Below, in pieces: positions 26,048 through 39,525 of a stretch of DNA of 64,000 nt; the stretch's first letter is position 1, and the number at the start of each line of letters is the position of its first letter. This DNA is from Eledone cirrhosa (taxonomy: Eukaryota): positions 8,246,001 through 8,310,000 of the forward strand of contig OZ024744.1 in NCBI GenBank assembly GCA_964016885.1, written 5' to 3'. A program made the translations under genes and the position numbers. The notes below the pieces were generated by a model. It saw only the letters and a program-made list of their open reading frames with translations. It was not told the origin of the DNA and made no database searches.

Positions 26048-29000
26048 ATAATAATAATAATGATTTCATTTATTGGCCACAAGGGCCGACATATAGGGGA
26101 CAATGCAAAAGACTGTGATAGTGGGGGTTTATATATACAACGTGTTAAAAATACAACATGAAAAATTCGCCGGGGTTCACACAGGTACCTCACCAATCCT
26201 GAACGACTCGACGCTTCGAGAGCACTCTGGAAGGGCACCCCTCTCCTCCTCAAATTTACCCACCTACAGGCGCATGACCACATTATCGCCACATTCACCC
26301 ACCTTTCAGCAAATGTACTGAGGGGCAGCACTTCTCTCTCCACCCTCACCTTCCTTTCCAAGTGAAACTTGAAAAAGTCGATGAGGGATTGGCCGAAGAG
26401 AAAAGTGTCTGTCTTCAGTCCTTTCAACCTCGTCCACCATACAACCTCTTTCGCTACTGCCACCAGACAGAGGAAAATTGCCTGCCCTTCCTGGCCAAAA
26501 GAAGGCGGCGGGTCGATCTTCACTAAGGACTCGGCCGATAGCCGGATCCGTTCTACACGCGACAACAGCTGTTCAACATAATTCCACAAGTCAGTAATGC
26601 ACGGACACTGGACGAGTGCGTGCAGAACGGTTTCGTCGCTCTGCGCGCATCTCGGGCAGGTCCGTCTGACAGCACTGCTGTGCCTGTAGAGTTTATCTCG
26701 AACCGGCAGTGCCCCCCGGTAGCACTGCCAAGCGAGGGATTTTTGGAAATTATCCATCGTCCTCGGCTCGAAAGTCCTCCGGTACAGACTGGTTAGTTCG
26801 ACTTGGTTGACTCCCAGAGACTCTCCGAGGGCGTCGTCGCACTTGCCCACCACTAATCCTCTATAGAACTCGAGAGTGGAAGTTCCACTGACAGCATTGT
26901 CCGCCTGGTAGAGGGCAGTGAGTGTCTGGCAACATTCCAGATGCCAGTCACCCAGTCTCGGTCTCTTCTTGACCCAGGACTGCAACTCAGTCAAAGAAAC
27001 GAGCTGCGGAAATGCCCGTCTGACAAACGGCGACCACACCTGTTCACCGTTTAGGCAGAATATCTGGAGATGCAGCAGCCTCAGTGCGTGTCTGCGCATC
27101 TTTTGTCATGGCATGCCCAGTCCTCCACGTAGAGGGTGCTAGCAGCAGATGGACCGCCACACCAACATAACCTATCACCTCCACAAGAATTTGAAGACGA
27201 GCCGTTCCAAGTTGGCGAGGCACGAACGCGGTCAAGGGACGACGGTCAGGAGGTAGTAGATGACAGACGCGATGTACGCATTCGCCACCTCCATGCGACA
27301 TTTCAATGATAACATCCTTGCTGCCCATTTCTGGGTGAGACTGGCTACCCTGCCCGTCACTTCGTACTAATTCTTATCCACCTGGAGGTCAGGCCTGAAC
27401 CAAACCCCGAGTAACTTTACCGATCCGTCCGTCCAGCGCCCCATGACGTTGTTGGACGGCATGGACTTGCCTCTCCAGGTGCCGAGTTGCAAGCCCACTG
27501 ACTTTTCCGGGTTAAGTTTTGCTCCCGTCAACCTTTCATATTCCTCCAATAAGTTGCCGACCACCTTGATTTCTGAGGTGTCCGACACCATCACGGTGAT
27601 GTCGTCCGCACAAGCCGACACAGCCTTTCCACGTCCCGGTTCGAGCGGGATGCCTTGCAACAGCTCCAGCTTCCGCAGTAAAGGCTCGAGAGTCAACACG
27701 TACAGAAAGGAGGAGAGAGAGAGCACCCTTGACAGACCGATCGGGGGACCTGAAACGGTTTCGAGAGGTGGCCATTAATTTTGACCACCGAGCAGGTGCT
27801 GCTGTGCATTGCAGCGATCCAGCTTCTGAAGACGGAGCCGAAGCCTTTTGATATGAGGACAGCCTCCAGGTACTGATGGCCGGCCCTATCGAATGCTTTC
27901 GATTGATCTAAATTGATCAGAGCTCTACAGAAGCCAGATTTACACCCTTCCCTCTCTATGATGTATCGCATGAGGTGGAGGTTGTCGTGTATGGACCTGG
28001 TCAGGATTGCGCAAGTTTGCGCCTCCCCAACCAAATCCTCGACGACAAGCGCCAACATCTTCGCTAATACCTTGGCCAAAATCTTAAACTCTGTGTTGAA
28101 CAGACTTATGGGCCTGAAATTATCTAATGTGTCCCTCTTGTTTTCGTCTTTACTTATCAACGTCACTACGCCCCGGCTCACAAAACTGGTAACACTTCCG
28201 TTCTGCTGCCCTTTGCAGTAGAGCGCTTCGAGGAGATCGGAGAACAAGTAAGGCATATTTAGGTAAAGTTCGTATGGCTGACCGTCCAAACCGGGTGACT
28301 TGTGCCTCGTGCAGCCGACAAAGACGTCCTGAATTTTGGCTGAAGTGATCGGCCGTCGAGAGTTAACTAAATTGTTGACCTGGTTCCTGTAAGCCTTACG
28401 TGTCGGAAATGACATGTTCAGCTTCCAGTAACCATGTCCTAACCTACGCGTCTTATCTAGGTCGACCATACAGATCACAAACTTGTGATCTAAATAGGCG
28501 ACCATTCTAAAACGTGGACAGCTTACACTATTTGTCTATTTTCCTAATGAAAACCCTGTCTATATACGATCTAGATGACCCTATGCGGTTGGTCCAGGTC
28601 CACACTGGCGGATTAGGGAAATCTAGTCGGTTCCTGTCAGACAGTTGGAACTGGCTGATCAGGTTCTTCAGGCTTTTTGCAACCCCCGCTCCTATCGGAT
28701 ACTCCCACACAGTCCCAGCGTGCGTCTAAGATGCCGTTCCAGTCCCCCGCTAACAGTAAAGGGCGAGACGTACCCAGAAAGGCTTCTAAACAAGTCCGGC
28801 CGTGCTGCCCCAGTAGAGTCGTAGACGGCCACCAGTCTAAAGGCACCACCTTGGCTATTGTTCACTTCCAGGACCACCAACTTCCCGTCCGGGTCCCGGA
28901 AAATCGATCTTACCTCGAGATCCAGGCCTTTCCTAAGCAGCACTGTCACCGCACCTCCCATTCCAGGCCGGCTAACAGATACGGAGATCTAATAATAGTC

Positions 29001-29057
29001 GAAAAGGGGGGCTAGTGCTGGTGTCTCGGAAACCCTAGTCTCGCTGACGGCAATTAC
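26048..29057 (-). mobile_element. Tx1-clade copy B (5'-truncated ORF2, internal deletion near 28360, 3'UTR and (ATT)n tail)
   Basis: ORFs 28692-28961, 27693-28505, 27367-27726 and 26002-27099 with C-terminal CPRCAQSDETVLHALVQC; very similar to copy D. Confidence 0.92.
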
Positions 29058-29104
29058 TGACATTTATTTCTATTTCCAGAGACCTTTGTGCTACTAATAT
29101 TGGT

Positions 29105-29179
29105 ATTACTACTTCTACTACCACCACCACCACCGCCACCACTACTACTACTACTACCACTACAACAACAATAACAACA

Positions 29180-29211
<32 letters not shown>

Positions 29212-29215
29212 AACA
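29105..29215. repeat. ACT/ACC/AAC trinucleotide tract
   Basis: Direct. Confidence 0.85.
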
Positions 29216-29219
29216 AATC

Positions 29220-31050
29220 AAGTTCTTGAAACCTTTCCTGGCGCTATCCATGATGGAATCGTTAGAAATATCGCTTTGCTATCATCAAGTCCCGGATTCG
29301 ATCTGACATCTAAGGCATGGCACCAGGCGCGTTACCTGCTTTGTGAGAACAATTGGGAAGTGTTACATTGTTTGCAAGATCCTCGGGAGCAATGTAGCTG
29401 TAATACAATGGAACAGCTTTGTTAATCACTGTGTAGTCATCTTTATAAGCAGGCTGTTTCGTTGATCCGATAACCGGAATAGTTCCATTCATTTTTGTAC
29501 AATGAACCGATGAAAGACACTCTATCTGATTACTCGACATGCTAGAAATAGCAGCCGAATCTTTTTCTCTTTCACTTTTTTCTTTTCTCTCTCTCCACCC
29601 CGCCCTCTCTCTCACTCTTTCTCTCTCTTTCCCCTTATCTCGTCCTCTCTTTCTATCCGCTATTTCCCTTTTTTCTCTTCTTTCTCTCTCTCTCCTCCCT
29701 GACTACCTCATTCTCACTCACTCTCTCTCTCTCTTTTCCTATCTGTTCTCTCTCTCTTATCCCGATCTCCCTCTCTCTCTTTCCCTATCTCTTCTCCTGA
29801 CTACCTCCTTCTCTCCCACTCACTCTCTCTCTCTCTTTCCCTATCTCTTCTCTCTCTCATCACGATATATCTATCTCTCTTTCTCCTTGCTGTTTACTTC
29901 GTCACTCCGACTCTTTCTCTCCAACACATACACTTGAGCTTCTTTTCAAGAAAACTAAGGACATATTAGTTCTTTTAGCCAGAGATAAACCATGTCTTAA
30001 AAGACAGAACAGTTAACCAACGTCATATTCTTTGATGTGCAATTTTCACAATGAATTTCAAATACTATATAATCTCGAACTCATTCCATTTTGAATGGTT
30101 ATCCTTCATCTTAGAGTATCTGGAGAGCCTTTTCTTTCTTTTATTTACTGATGTGATTATTTATAGACAGAGCTGGTCATTAATCATTTAAAATTCTTCT
30201 TACATTTGAAAATATGTTCCACTTTCACTAACAGACACTTCTGTTGGTAGAATTTGAAATGTTCTCCTTCCATTGAATAAACTTTTTATGCCAACTTCAA
30301 AATGTTATCATAAACGGTTCAATGATTTGTTCGTAAACGGAATTGTTTCTTTAGAGAAATCGCATTTGTTTGAAGTATTTCGGGTCTGTATTTGAATAAA
30401 TGGAAGATGTAATACCATGATTTTTTAAGTAGATGGAATGAATTTTATTGTATACGTCGGTCTTAGCAAATCGTGATCTTATCAAACTTTAGATCAGAGT
30501 CAAGTTTATTATTTCAGTTGATTCAATCAGATTCGAACAGCATCCGTTACAAAGAAATTCAGGTGAATTTATATACATCAGTTGATCGGGCTATGCAGTC
30601 ATTGACAAGATCGTAATATAAGGATTGAAACCGGTTCAGCTGATCAGCCTTATTTTTCTCTCAAGAAAATATTGTATAAAAGACACACTTGATATTGATT
30701 TAAACTCTGTAGATTTATTCAACAAAATATTGTAGTTTCATTAGAAAAATCTTACACACCAATGAAATTATAACTGCATATATGTATCCGTTTGTTCAGA
30801 ATACTTATTAATGGTGACTTGATAAGAAACCGCTCCATGGAAAATTGAGCCGGCTATACGGTCACGTATAAGATATCCCAGTGTGACTTTATAAGCAGCC
30901 GCTCCGTTGACGGTTGAGCCGGGTTTACAGTCATATCTATATATTGTCTGTAATGCGAAGAAATACCTATGATGGCTAGTAGACAACTGATGACGGATAT
31001 TCCTAACTTCTATTTCTAATTCTTCATTTATTATACTTAATTGCATCAAC
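29220..31050 (-). pseudogene. Possible decayed coding sequence of unknown origin (glycoprotein-like), interrupted by a CT-rich tract
   Basis: Protein-like ORF pieces 30768-31052 and 29310-29560; hand translation between them gives N-x-S/T sequons, Cys residues and KRKKR, with many stops and frameshifts. Confidence 0.3.
29570..29925. repeat. CT-rich low-complexity tract
   Basis: Direct. Confidence 0.85.
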
Positions 31051-31622
31051 ACAGCTCACCTTTTTTTATTCATATATGCTTTCCCCTTCACTGTGACCTG
31101 TATTTTTTCTCTTCCCTTACTGCTATTCTCTTTCACTCTCTCCCTTCTCTCTCCTTCTCCCTGTTACTTTCACTCACCCACTCTGCTAGTCACCTTCTCT
31201 CGGCTAGCCTCTTCCTCACACTTTCACTCACTCACTCTCTGTTACTCACCCTCTCTCTCACTTCCGCCATCGTCCCACACCGTACGAGATTCTTTCCTCG
31301 CTCACATTCGCACGGCCAAGATGTGTCTTTGCCTTCTCGTCAAAATTCGCAAGTTCTTATGTTCGAAATGAATTATTGACATGATTTTCTCATTTGTTCC
31401 TCTCTTTACGTTGCCTCATCATTCGTGTTTATTTACCTGTCTCTCTTTCTCCACCCAACTCTTTTTATCCCAATAACTTATTTTAGTTATTGTATCGCCC
31501 TAGCTGGAGGTATATGGTCTGTAATGCGAAGAAATACCTATGATGGCTAGTAGACAACTGATGTCGGATATTCCTAACTTCTATTTCTAATTCTTCATTT
31601 ATTATACTTAATTGCAACAACA
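30947..31622. repeat. ~105-bp direct repeat (30947-31050 and 31518-31622) flanking a CT-rich insert
   Basis: TCTGTAATGCGAAGAAATACC…ATACTTAATTGCA(T/A)CAACA present twice with about 2 mismatches. Confidence 0.9.
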
Positions 31623-31624
31623 TT

Positions 31625-33440
31625 CGCCATTCCAGACAGATCCATCCACGACAACCTCCATCTCATGCGATACATCATAGAGAGGGTGGTTAAAGAACCT
31701 GGCACGGGTGGAGCCCTGATCAACTTGGATCAATCTAAAGCATTTGATAGGGTCGATCATCGGTACCTGGCTGCGGTCATCGAGGCGACCGACATCGGGA
31801 TCGTTTTTAGGGGCTGTATCGCTACGATGCACGGTGACATCTGCTCGATTGTGAGGGTGAATAGTAACCTGTCGCAGCCTTTCAGCATCATGGGCTCGGT
31901 CCACCAGGGTTGCCCCATCTCGTCCCTCTTATACGTACTGGACCTAGAGCCGTTACTGCACAAATTGGAGACGATGAGGGGGGGTCCCACGTGAACTGGG
32001 ATGCGGGAGATCCGTGTCAGCTCACGCCGACGACGTCACCGTAGTGGTGTTGAGCATCAGACACGTCCAGATGCTCGGCACCGCTCTCAAGGAATACAAA
32101 GCGGTGACAGGAGCAAAGATAAACCAGGAAAAGTCGGTGGGCTTGCAACTCGGCACCTGGAAAGGCAAGTCTATGCCATCCGACCGCGTCGTGGGGCGTT
32201 GGACGGAAGGACCGGTTAAATTTTTGTGGAAGGGACGTACTCCCAAGGTCACACGATCCATTTTCTGTCAACACCCGTTGCCCGGAGGACGAGGCGTGCC
32301 GTGGCTGATAATGCGCAAACATGCGCTGAGGCTGCGACATCTCTGGTGCTTCCTTGACTGTGATCAGATGTGGTCGCCGTTTGCCAGGCGCACTTTTCCC
32401 CAGCTCTTCTCCTTGACGGAGCTGCAGTCCTGGATCACGAAGAGACCGAGGGATTACGCTTGGAAGCTGGAATGTCTCCAAGCGCTCACCGCCCTCTACC
32501 AACTGGATACTGGTATCGGTGGAACATCCACCTCGGCGTTCTATAGAGGGCTAGTGGAGGGAAAGAACGACGACGTTCTCGAGGATAGCCTGGCGTCGAA
32601 GACGATCAGTTGTTCGCTCTCTTCAAGAGAACTTTCAGACAGGGGCCTATGGACAACTTCCAGAAATCCCTGGTCTGGCAGTGCTACCAGAGAACGTTGC
32701 CGGTTCGGGATAAGCTCTACAGGCACGGAGGTGCTGTCAGCCGAGCCTGTCCGAGATGCGCGCAGGGCGACGAAACCGTCCTGCACGCACTCGTTCAGTG
32801 GCAGAGGGTTGCTGACTTGTGGAGCTATGTCGAACAGCTGTGGTCGCGTGTAGGGCGGATCCGGTTACCGACTGAGTCCATTGTGCAGATAGTTCCACCA
32901 TCCTCCTTTAGAGAGGAGAAAGGGCAGGCAGTTTTCATCTGCCTGGTGGCCATGGCGAAAGAGATTGTGTGGTGGACAAGGTTGAAAGGGTTGAAGACAG
33001 ACACTTTCCTCTCCAGCCGATCCCTGATTAACTTTTTCAAGTTTCACTTGAAGAGGAAAATCAGGGTGGAGAGGCAAGTACTGTCTTCTAGTAAGTTTGT
33101 TGAAAGGTGAGAGAGAGTGGCGAGTCTGGTCCGAGTGAACGGACCCGCTCTGAGTATACGCCTGTAGACTAAGGAGTGGGAAAAGAAAGAGAGGGCGCTT
33201 GTCCTGGTGGTCAGGGTGGCCGTGGTCTTTTGTGTAGTTTCACCACGAGTGACCCTCGGAGGTTTCCCCCTTTTGGAGGGAATTTGTGTTGTTTGAATTT
33301 TTTTGATTTCTATCCCGATTTCTATCTTGTTATAACCTGTTTACACGATCCAAACCCACTTTGTATAGTCCTGATCTGTTTGGTGCCGTCTCTACTGTTT
33401 TTCGTATTAGCCCTTGTGGACAATAAAGAAAACATTATTA
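31625..33440 (+). mobile_element. Tx1-clade copy C (5'-truncated within RT, internal deletion near 32220)
   Basis: ORFs 31665-31994, 32014-32853 and 32610-33110; ends CCCTTGTGGACAATAAAGAAAACATTATTAT. Confidence 0.92.
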
Positions 33441-33441
33441 T

Positions 33442-33648
33442 GGCGGTGGATTGGCAGTATCGGTAGAGGGTCCGACACTATGCATTGACGCATAGGGTTA
33501 CGCCCCTTGCCACTCTGAGTTCAAATCGCACTGAGGTTAACTTTGCCTTTCATCCTTTCGGCGTCGATAAAATAAAGTACCAGTAATGTACTGGGTATTT
33601 GCTGGCCTTGTGCCAAAAGGAGAAACAATTATTATTATTATTATTATT
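33442..33648 (+). mobile_element. Full-length tRNA-derived SINE with (ATT)7 tail
   Basis: GGCGGTGGATTGGCAGTATCGG (A box), GAGTTCAAATC (B box), conserved 3' end. Confidence 0.93.
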
Positions 33649-33853
33649 GGCGTAAGCGGACGTATTTTGCTCGCTCCCAGTAAGTCGCTTTATTTGCCTG
33701 TTTAAATTATTTGTTGTTAAATATTTCTTGTTGTGTAAGGGATATAAGCCCTTAGACTTTGCCCCGTGAAGGGGAAAGTATAATATCTGGGCCTTTTGGC
33801 CCAAATACTTGAACTTTTTTTACATATTAAAAAATTTACGAAGAAAAAAAAAC

Positions 33854-35823
33854 ATGGCTGAGTCACGCCCCCCAGCGATATGTCGGCTGTCGTGCGACAA
33901 CGATGTAGAAGTTGAGAGGAGCGCTACAGCGAAATTAACACACATTGATAACAAAAACACCACCACAAACAAGGTACACAAAGACACCAATGATACCAAT
34001 AAGAACTCTAATTTTAAAAAAAATGACCTTAACAGCGACAACGAAAATACAGATAACAAAAAAAAAAAACAAATACAACAACAATATCAACACCACTAAC
34101 ATGAAAACAAATAGCGACAACACCACCAGCAACAATACCAACTGTACCGAGAACAACGGTGGCAACAAAGACAACAATGATAACAGTGACAGTGCTAACA
34201 GCAACACCAACAAGAACAACGACCCCAACAAGAAAACAAGAAGAACACTTTCGCTGCGGCAGCAGCAAAAAAGAGGCCATGCTTCAACATGGACCTCTCA
34301 AACAAAGATGAAAAGTTGGCCCAGGCCTGGAAGCTCATCAAGCAAGAGCAAACTTGGGCCAACTTAACTGTCCCGGTAGAAGCTATTGAGGCAGTGGAGC
34401 GCAGAACGGTGCATTATAGATGCATCTCAGCACAAACCAAAAGGGCAGCTTTAATCCCACAAGATATCGAAGTCGCGCTGAGGTGCATCAGAGAAGACAC
34501 CCAGTACATAGAGAGGAGGAGACAGTACGGCACCATTTCGGTGTTGTTCAAGTCAGAAGCCCTCACTATGAAACACGCCATGACTCCTTGCAAAACCAGC
34601 AAGGTCATAATGTGCCCCTCCCACATGGGAAAAAAAACGGCCCGTCTCCACATTCCCAGAATCTCATCAGGACTTGACATGTGGTGGCTTCTTGGATGTG
34701 TGATTGTGGAGGGAATGGATACAGTCCCTATAGAAGTGACCAGAACGGCCAGAGAGGACTGGTCCGGGGTTGACCTGGAGATCCTTCTCCAGATCAGGCC
34801 CGAGAATGTGAAGACAATCCCAGACCACATCCGCCTTCAGAATGGGACGGTCATTCACATTATGACCGAAGGTAAAAGGCCGCAGTATTTTGTTTGTGGG
34901 GGAAAAACCCATTTGCGAGCCTTCTGCCCTCAACTGCTGAAAGAGGCAAGGGGTCGAAAGGCTCCACTGCTGCCGACGCCGGGGCGAGTACCACAACCAA
35001 TACCTGCACCGGCAAAACCACCAACAACAACACCAATAGAAAAAACACCACCAACATTGACCACCCAGGGGGGAAACGAGGAAAGCTGTCAAATTCCCCC
35101 TCCCCCCAAAAAATTACACACACCAATACAACCTTAAACATACATACAGACACACTTACAGACACAGACCCCTCATCTACCAGTAGTGAAGATGAGGGAA
35201 AACCAAAATCCCCCAAAATACAAAAAAGGAAGCACAAAAAGAAAAAGAAAACTCAACAAAGCACAAAAGCACCGACAATAAAAAACGCAGACACCACCCA
35301 CGCAAACATCTCTCCAATAACACCAACATCAACACCACCATCACTATCACCAGAATCCCCCAAACGCAAACAACCAAAACAGACGCAAGAACAAATATAC
35401 ACACAAACATCTGAAACCACAGACACCGCACTCACAACAAACACAGATACAACCGAAACAACACCACCAAAACCATCACCACCACAGCCACGTAAACAAA
35501 TAAAATCACACCAACAAAACATACAAAACATCGTGATCGTCAGGAGGGCCAACAAGGAACTGATGGCCCTCGTAGCATGAAGTGAAAATATACAAAAAGC
35601 GGGGGAAATGTTTAAATCGAGCACATTTCGCGTGCCGGAAGATTTGGTTCTGGTGCGAATGTCGCTCGACATATTCAAAGAAATACGAGACAGCTTTCCT
35701 CGAGACGTGGGAACCCCGAACGTAAAACCCACTTCAAGACTTTTAAAGGGGTTCCCAAAAGAAACCCCACCAACTATGGAGGTCGAACAACCCGACCTTC
35801 ACAAGAGCCCGGAAGGTAAGTAA
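33854..35823 (+). pseudogene. ORF1 of copy D (degenerate knuckle YFVCGGKTHLRAFC)
   Basis: ORF pieces 33809-34099, 34289-35137, 34894-35580 and 35608-35823. Confidence 0.8.
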
Positions 35824-35854
35824 ACCTTCCTCTCTCTCTGTTTAACCTGCCAAC

Positions 35855-38800
35855 ATGGCCGTATTAAGAGTAGGTTGTTTAAATGTTCGAGGCCTGGGAT
35901 CGTCCTGGAAGCAGGGTCACCTGCTCAACGACCTCAGGTCTATAGAAATAGATGTAATTGCAGCCAGCGAGACCAGGATTTCCGACACGCGCGCACTTCC
36001 ATTTTCGACGACTATCAGATCTTTGCATCTGTTAGCCGGCCGGGAATGGGAGGTGGGGTGGCAGTGCTGTTTAGGAAAGGCCTGGATCTCGAGGTAAGGT
36101 CGATCTTCCGGGACCCGGACGGGAAGTTGGTGATCCTGGACGTGAACAATAATGAAGGTGGTGCCTTTAGACTGGTGGCAGTCTATGCTCCTACTGGGGC
36201 AGGACGGCCGGACTTGTTTAGACGCCTGGAAGCCTTTCTGCGTACGGCTCGCCCTTTACTGTTAGCGGGGGACTGGAACGGCATCTTAGACGCACGCTGG
36301 GACTGTGTCGGAGTATCCGATAGGAGCGGGGGGTGCAAAAGCCTCAAGAACCTGATCAGCCAGTTCAACTGTCTGACAGGTACCGACTAGATTTCCCTAA
36401 TGCGCCAGTGTGGACCTGGACTAACCGCATAGTGTCATCTAGATCGTATATAGACAGGATATTCATTAGGAAAATAGACAGAAATAGTGTAAGCTGTCCA
36501 CGTTTTAAAATGGTCGCCTATTCAGATCACAAGTTTGTGATCTGTATGGTCGACCTAGATAAGACGCGTAGGTTAGGACCTGGTTACTGGAAGCTAAACA
36601 TGTCATTTCCAGCACGTAAGGCTTACAGGGACCAGGTCAACAATTTAGTTAAGAAAAAGTTGACAGGGGGAGTCGTCAACAATAGATGGTGGGGGGCTCT
36701 CAAAAGAAAGATTAGAGTAATGTCGATAGAGTTTAGCAAAGAAGTAGCGTTAGAGAAAAATAGAAAGGAGGGGAAGGTGGTAGATAAGTTAGACGAGGCT
36801 ATTGGTAGTGGCATTGCAACTGACGTGCTAGCGGCGAGAATGGCATTAGACCATTTCTTCAATGCGAAACACGAAGGTTGCATTGTCAGAGCTAAGGCGC
36901 GTGCTCTGAGAAATGAGGGAACCAAAGCTGCTCGATGGGCCCGCGTGGAAGAGGCGCAGCGTGGTAATAAAACCACGATTCGGTCTTTGATGGACCGAGA
37001 CGGACTCGAGCTGAGCGATTCCAAGAGGATGTGTGAAGCCTTTCGCTAACATTTTGCTCGGTTGTTCGGGGTAAGTGGTGGGTCAGAGATGGTGGCGGAC
37101 TTCAATCCCTACCTCGATGGCTTGCCGTAACTCTCGACGGCTGACGCTGGGCGCTGCGAAAGGCCAATTACTTCAGCCGAGATTCAGGATGCCCTTGTCG
37201 GTTGCATTAGGCGCAAGTCACCCGGTTTGGATGGTCTGCCCTACGAGCTTTACGTAAATATGCCAGTCTTGTTCTCTAATCGCCTCGAAGCCCTCTACTG
37301 CAACTGGCAGCAAAACGGGAGTATTCCCAGTTCTGTGAGCGGGGGCGTAGTGACGCTGTTAAGGAAAGATGAGAACAAGAGGGACACATTAGACAATTTC
37401 AGGCCCATAACTCTGCTCAACACAGAGTTTAAGATTTTGGCCAGGGTGTTAGCGAAGAGGTTAGCGCTTGTCGTCGGGGATTTGGTTGGGGAGGCTCAAA
37501 CTTGCGCAATCCCAACCAGGTCCATACACGACAACCTCCACCTAATGCGATACATCATAGAGAGGGTAGGGTGTAAACCTGGCTTCGGTGGGGCTCTGAT
37601 CAATTTAGATCAATCGAAATCATTCGACAGAGTCGACCATCGGTACCTGGAGGCTGCCCTCAAGGCGGCTGGCTTCGGCCCCGTCTTCAGAAGCTGGATC
37701 GCTGCAATGCACAGCGGCACCTGCTCGATGGTCAAAATTAATGGCCACCTCTCGGAACCGTTTCAGGTCTCCCGATCGGTCCGTCAAGGGTGCACTCTCT
37801 CCTCCCTTCTGTACGTATTGACTCTCGAGCCTTTACTGCGGAAGCTGGAGCTGTTGCAGGGCATCCCGCTCGAACCGGGACGCGGAAAGGCTGTATCGGC
37901 TCATGCGGACGACATATCGTGATGGTGTCGGACACCTCAGAAATCGAGGTGGTCGGCAACTTATTGGAGGAATATGAAAGGTTGACGGGAGCAAAACTTA
38001 ACCCGGAAAAGTCAGTAGGCTTGCAACTCGGCACCTGGAGAGGCAAGTCCATGCCGTCCAACAACGTCATGGGGCGCTGGACGGACGGACCGGTAAAGTT
38101 GCTAGGGGTTTGGTTCGGGCTAGACCTCCGTGTGGATAAGAATTGGGTCGACGTGACGGGCAGGGTAGTCAGTCTCACCCAGAAATGGGCTGGGATGAAG
38201 CTATCAGTGAAAGGTCGAGCGGAGGTGGCGAACACGTACATCGCGTCCGTCATCTACTACCGTCTGACTGTCGTCCCTTTCCTCCGTTCGCGCCTCGCCA
38301 TCTTGGAGCGGCTCCTCTTCAAATTCTTGTGGAGGGGTTAGGTTCCGCTGGTGAAGCGGTCCATCTGCTGCCAGCACCCTCTACGTGGAGGGCTGGGCAT
38401 GCCGTGGCTAATGATGCGCAGGCACGCGCTGAGGCTGCGGCATCTCCAGATATTCTGCCTAAACGGTGAACAGGTGAGGTCGCCGTTTGTCAGACGGGCC
38501 TTCCGCAGCTCGTTTCTTTGACTAAGTTGGAGTCCTGGGTCAAGAAGAGACCGAGACTGGGTGACTGGCATCTGGAATGTTGCCAGGCACTCACTGCTTT
38601 CTACCAGGCGGGCAATGCGGTCAGTGGAACTTCCACTCTCGAGTTTTATAGAGGATTAGTGGTGGGCAAGTGCGACGACGCACTCGGAGAGTCTCTGGGA
38701 GTCAACGAAGTCGAACTAACCAGTCTGTACCGGAGGACTTTTGAGCCGGGGACGATGATAAACTTCCGTGCCGGTTCGAGATAAACTCTACAGGCACGGA

Positions 38801-39235
38801 AGTGCTGTCAGACGGACCTGCCCGAGATGCGCGCAGAGCGACGAAACCGTTCTGCACGCACTCGTCCAGTGTCCGTGCATTACTGACTTGTGGAGTTATG
38901 TTGAACAGCTGTTGTCGCGTGTAGAACGGATCCAGCTATCGGCCGAGTCCTTAGTGAAGATCGACCCGCCGCCTTCTTTTGGCCAGGAAGGGCAGGCAAT
39001 TTTCCTCTGTCTGGTGGCAGTAGCGAAAGAGGTTGTATGGTGGACGAGGTTGAAACGACTGAAGACAGACACTTTTCTCTTCGGCCAATCTCTCATCAAC
39101 TTTTTCAAGTTTCACTTGGAAAGGAAGGTGAGGGTGGAGAGAGAAGTGCTGCCCCTCAGTACATTTGCTGAAAGGTGGGTGAATGTGGCGAGAATGGCCC
39201 GTGTGAGTGGGCCTACTCTCGCCATGCGGCTGTAG
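35855..39235 (+). pseudogene. ORF2 (APE-RT-CCHC) of copy D
   Basis: MAVLRVGCLNVRGL start, SDH motif, GPGYWKLN, RT motifs, HADD, C-terminal CPRC…H…C. Confidence 0.93.
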
Positions 39236-39525
39236 GTAGGTAAATTTGAAGAGGAGAGGGGTGGCCTTCCATGGTGCTCTCGAAGCGTCGGGTCGTTCAG
39301 GACTGGTGGAGTACCTGAGTGAACCCTAGGTGGTGATCCCCCCTATTGGGGAATTTTTTCTTGTTGTAATTTTATTGTTACTTTACTGTTACTTTGTTAT
39401 TGTCACTTTGTTTATTTATATTGTTCACTCGATTTTTCTGTAAAACCCCACTGTCCCAGTCTTTTGTATTGTCCCCTATATGTCGGCCCTTTTGGCCAAT
39501 AAATGAAATCATTATTATTATTATT

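Larger units (their letters stand above)
33649..39525 (+). mobile_element. Tx1-clade copy D, essentially full length (5.9 kb), decayed
   Basis: 5'UTR; ORF1 from ATG 33854 to 35823; ORF2 from ATG 35855 to TAG 39235 with frameshifts; 3'UTR ending GGCCAATAAATGAAATC(ATT)5. Confidence 0.95.

Noticed and set aside
33442-33535. SINE heads as tRNA genes
   Set aside because: A/B boxes are present but no closed cloverleaf was found, and each continues into a common SINE body.
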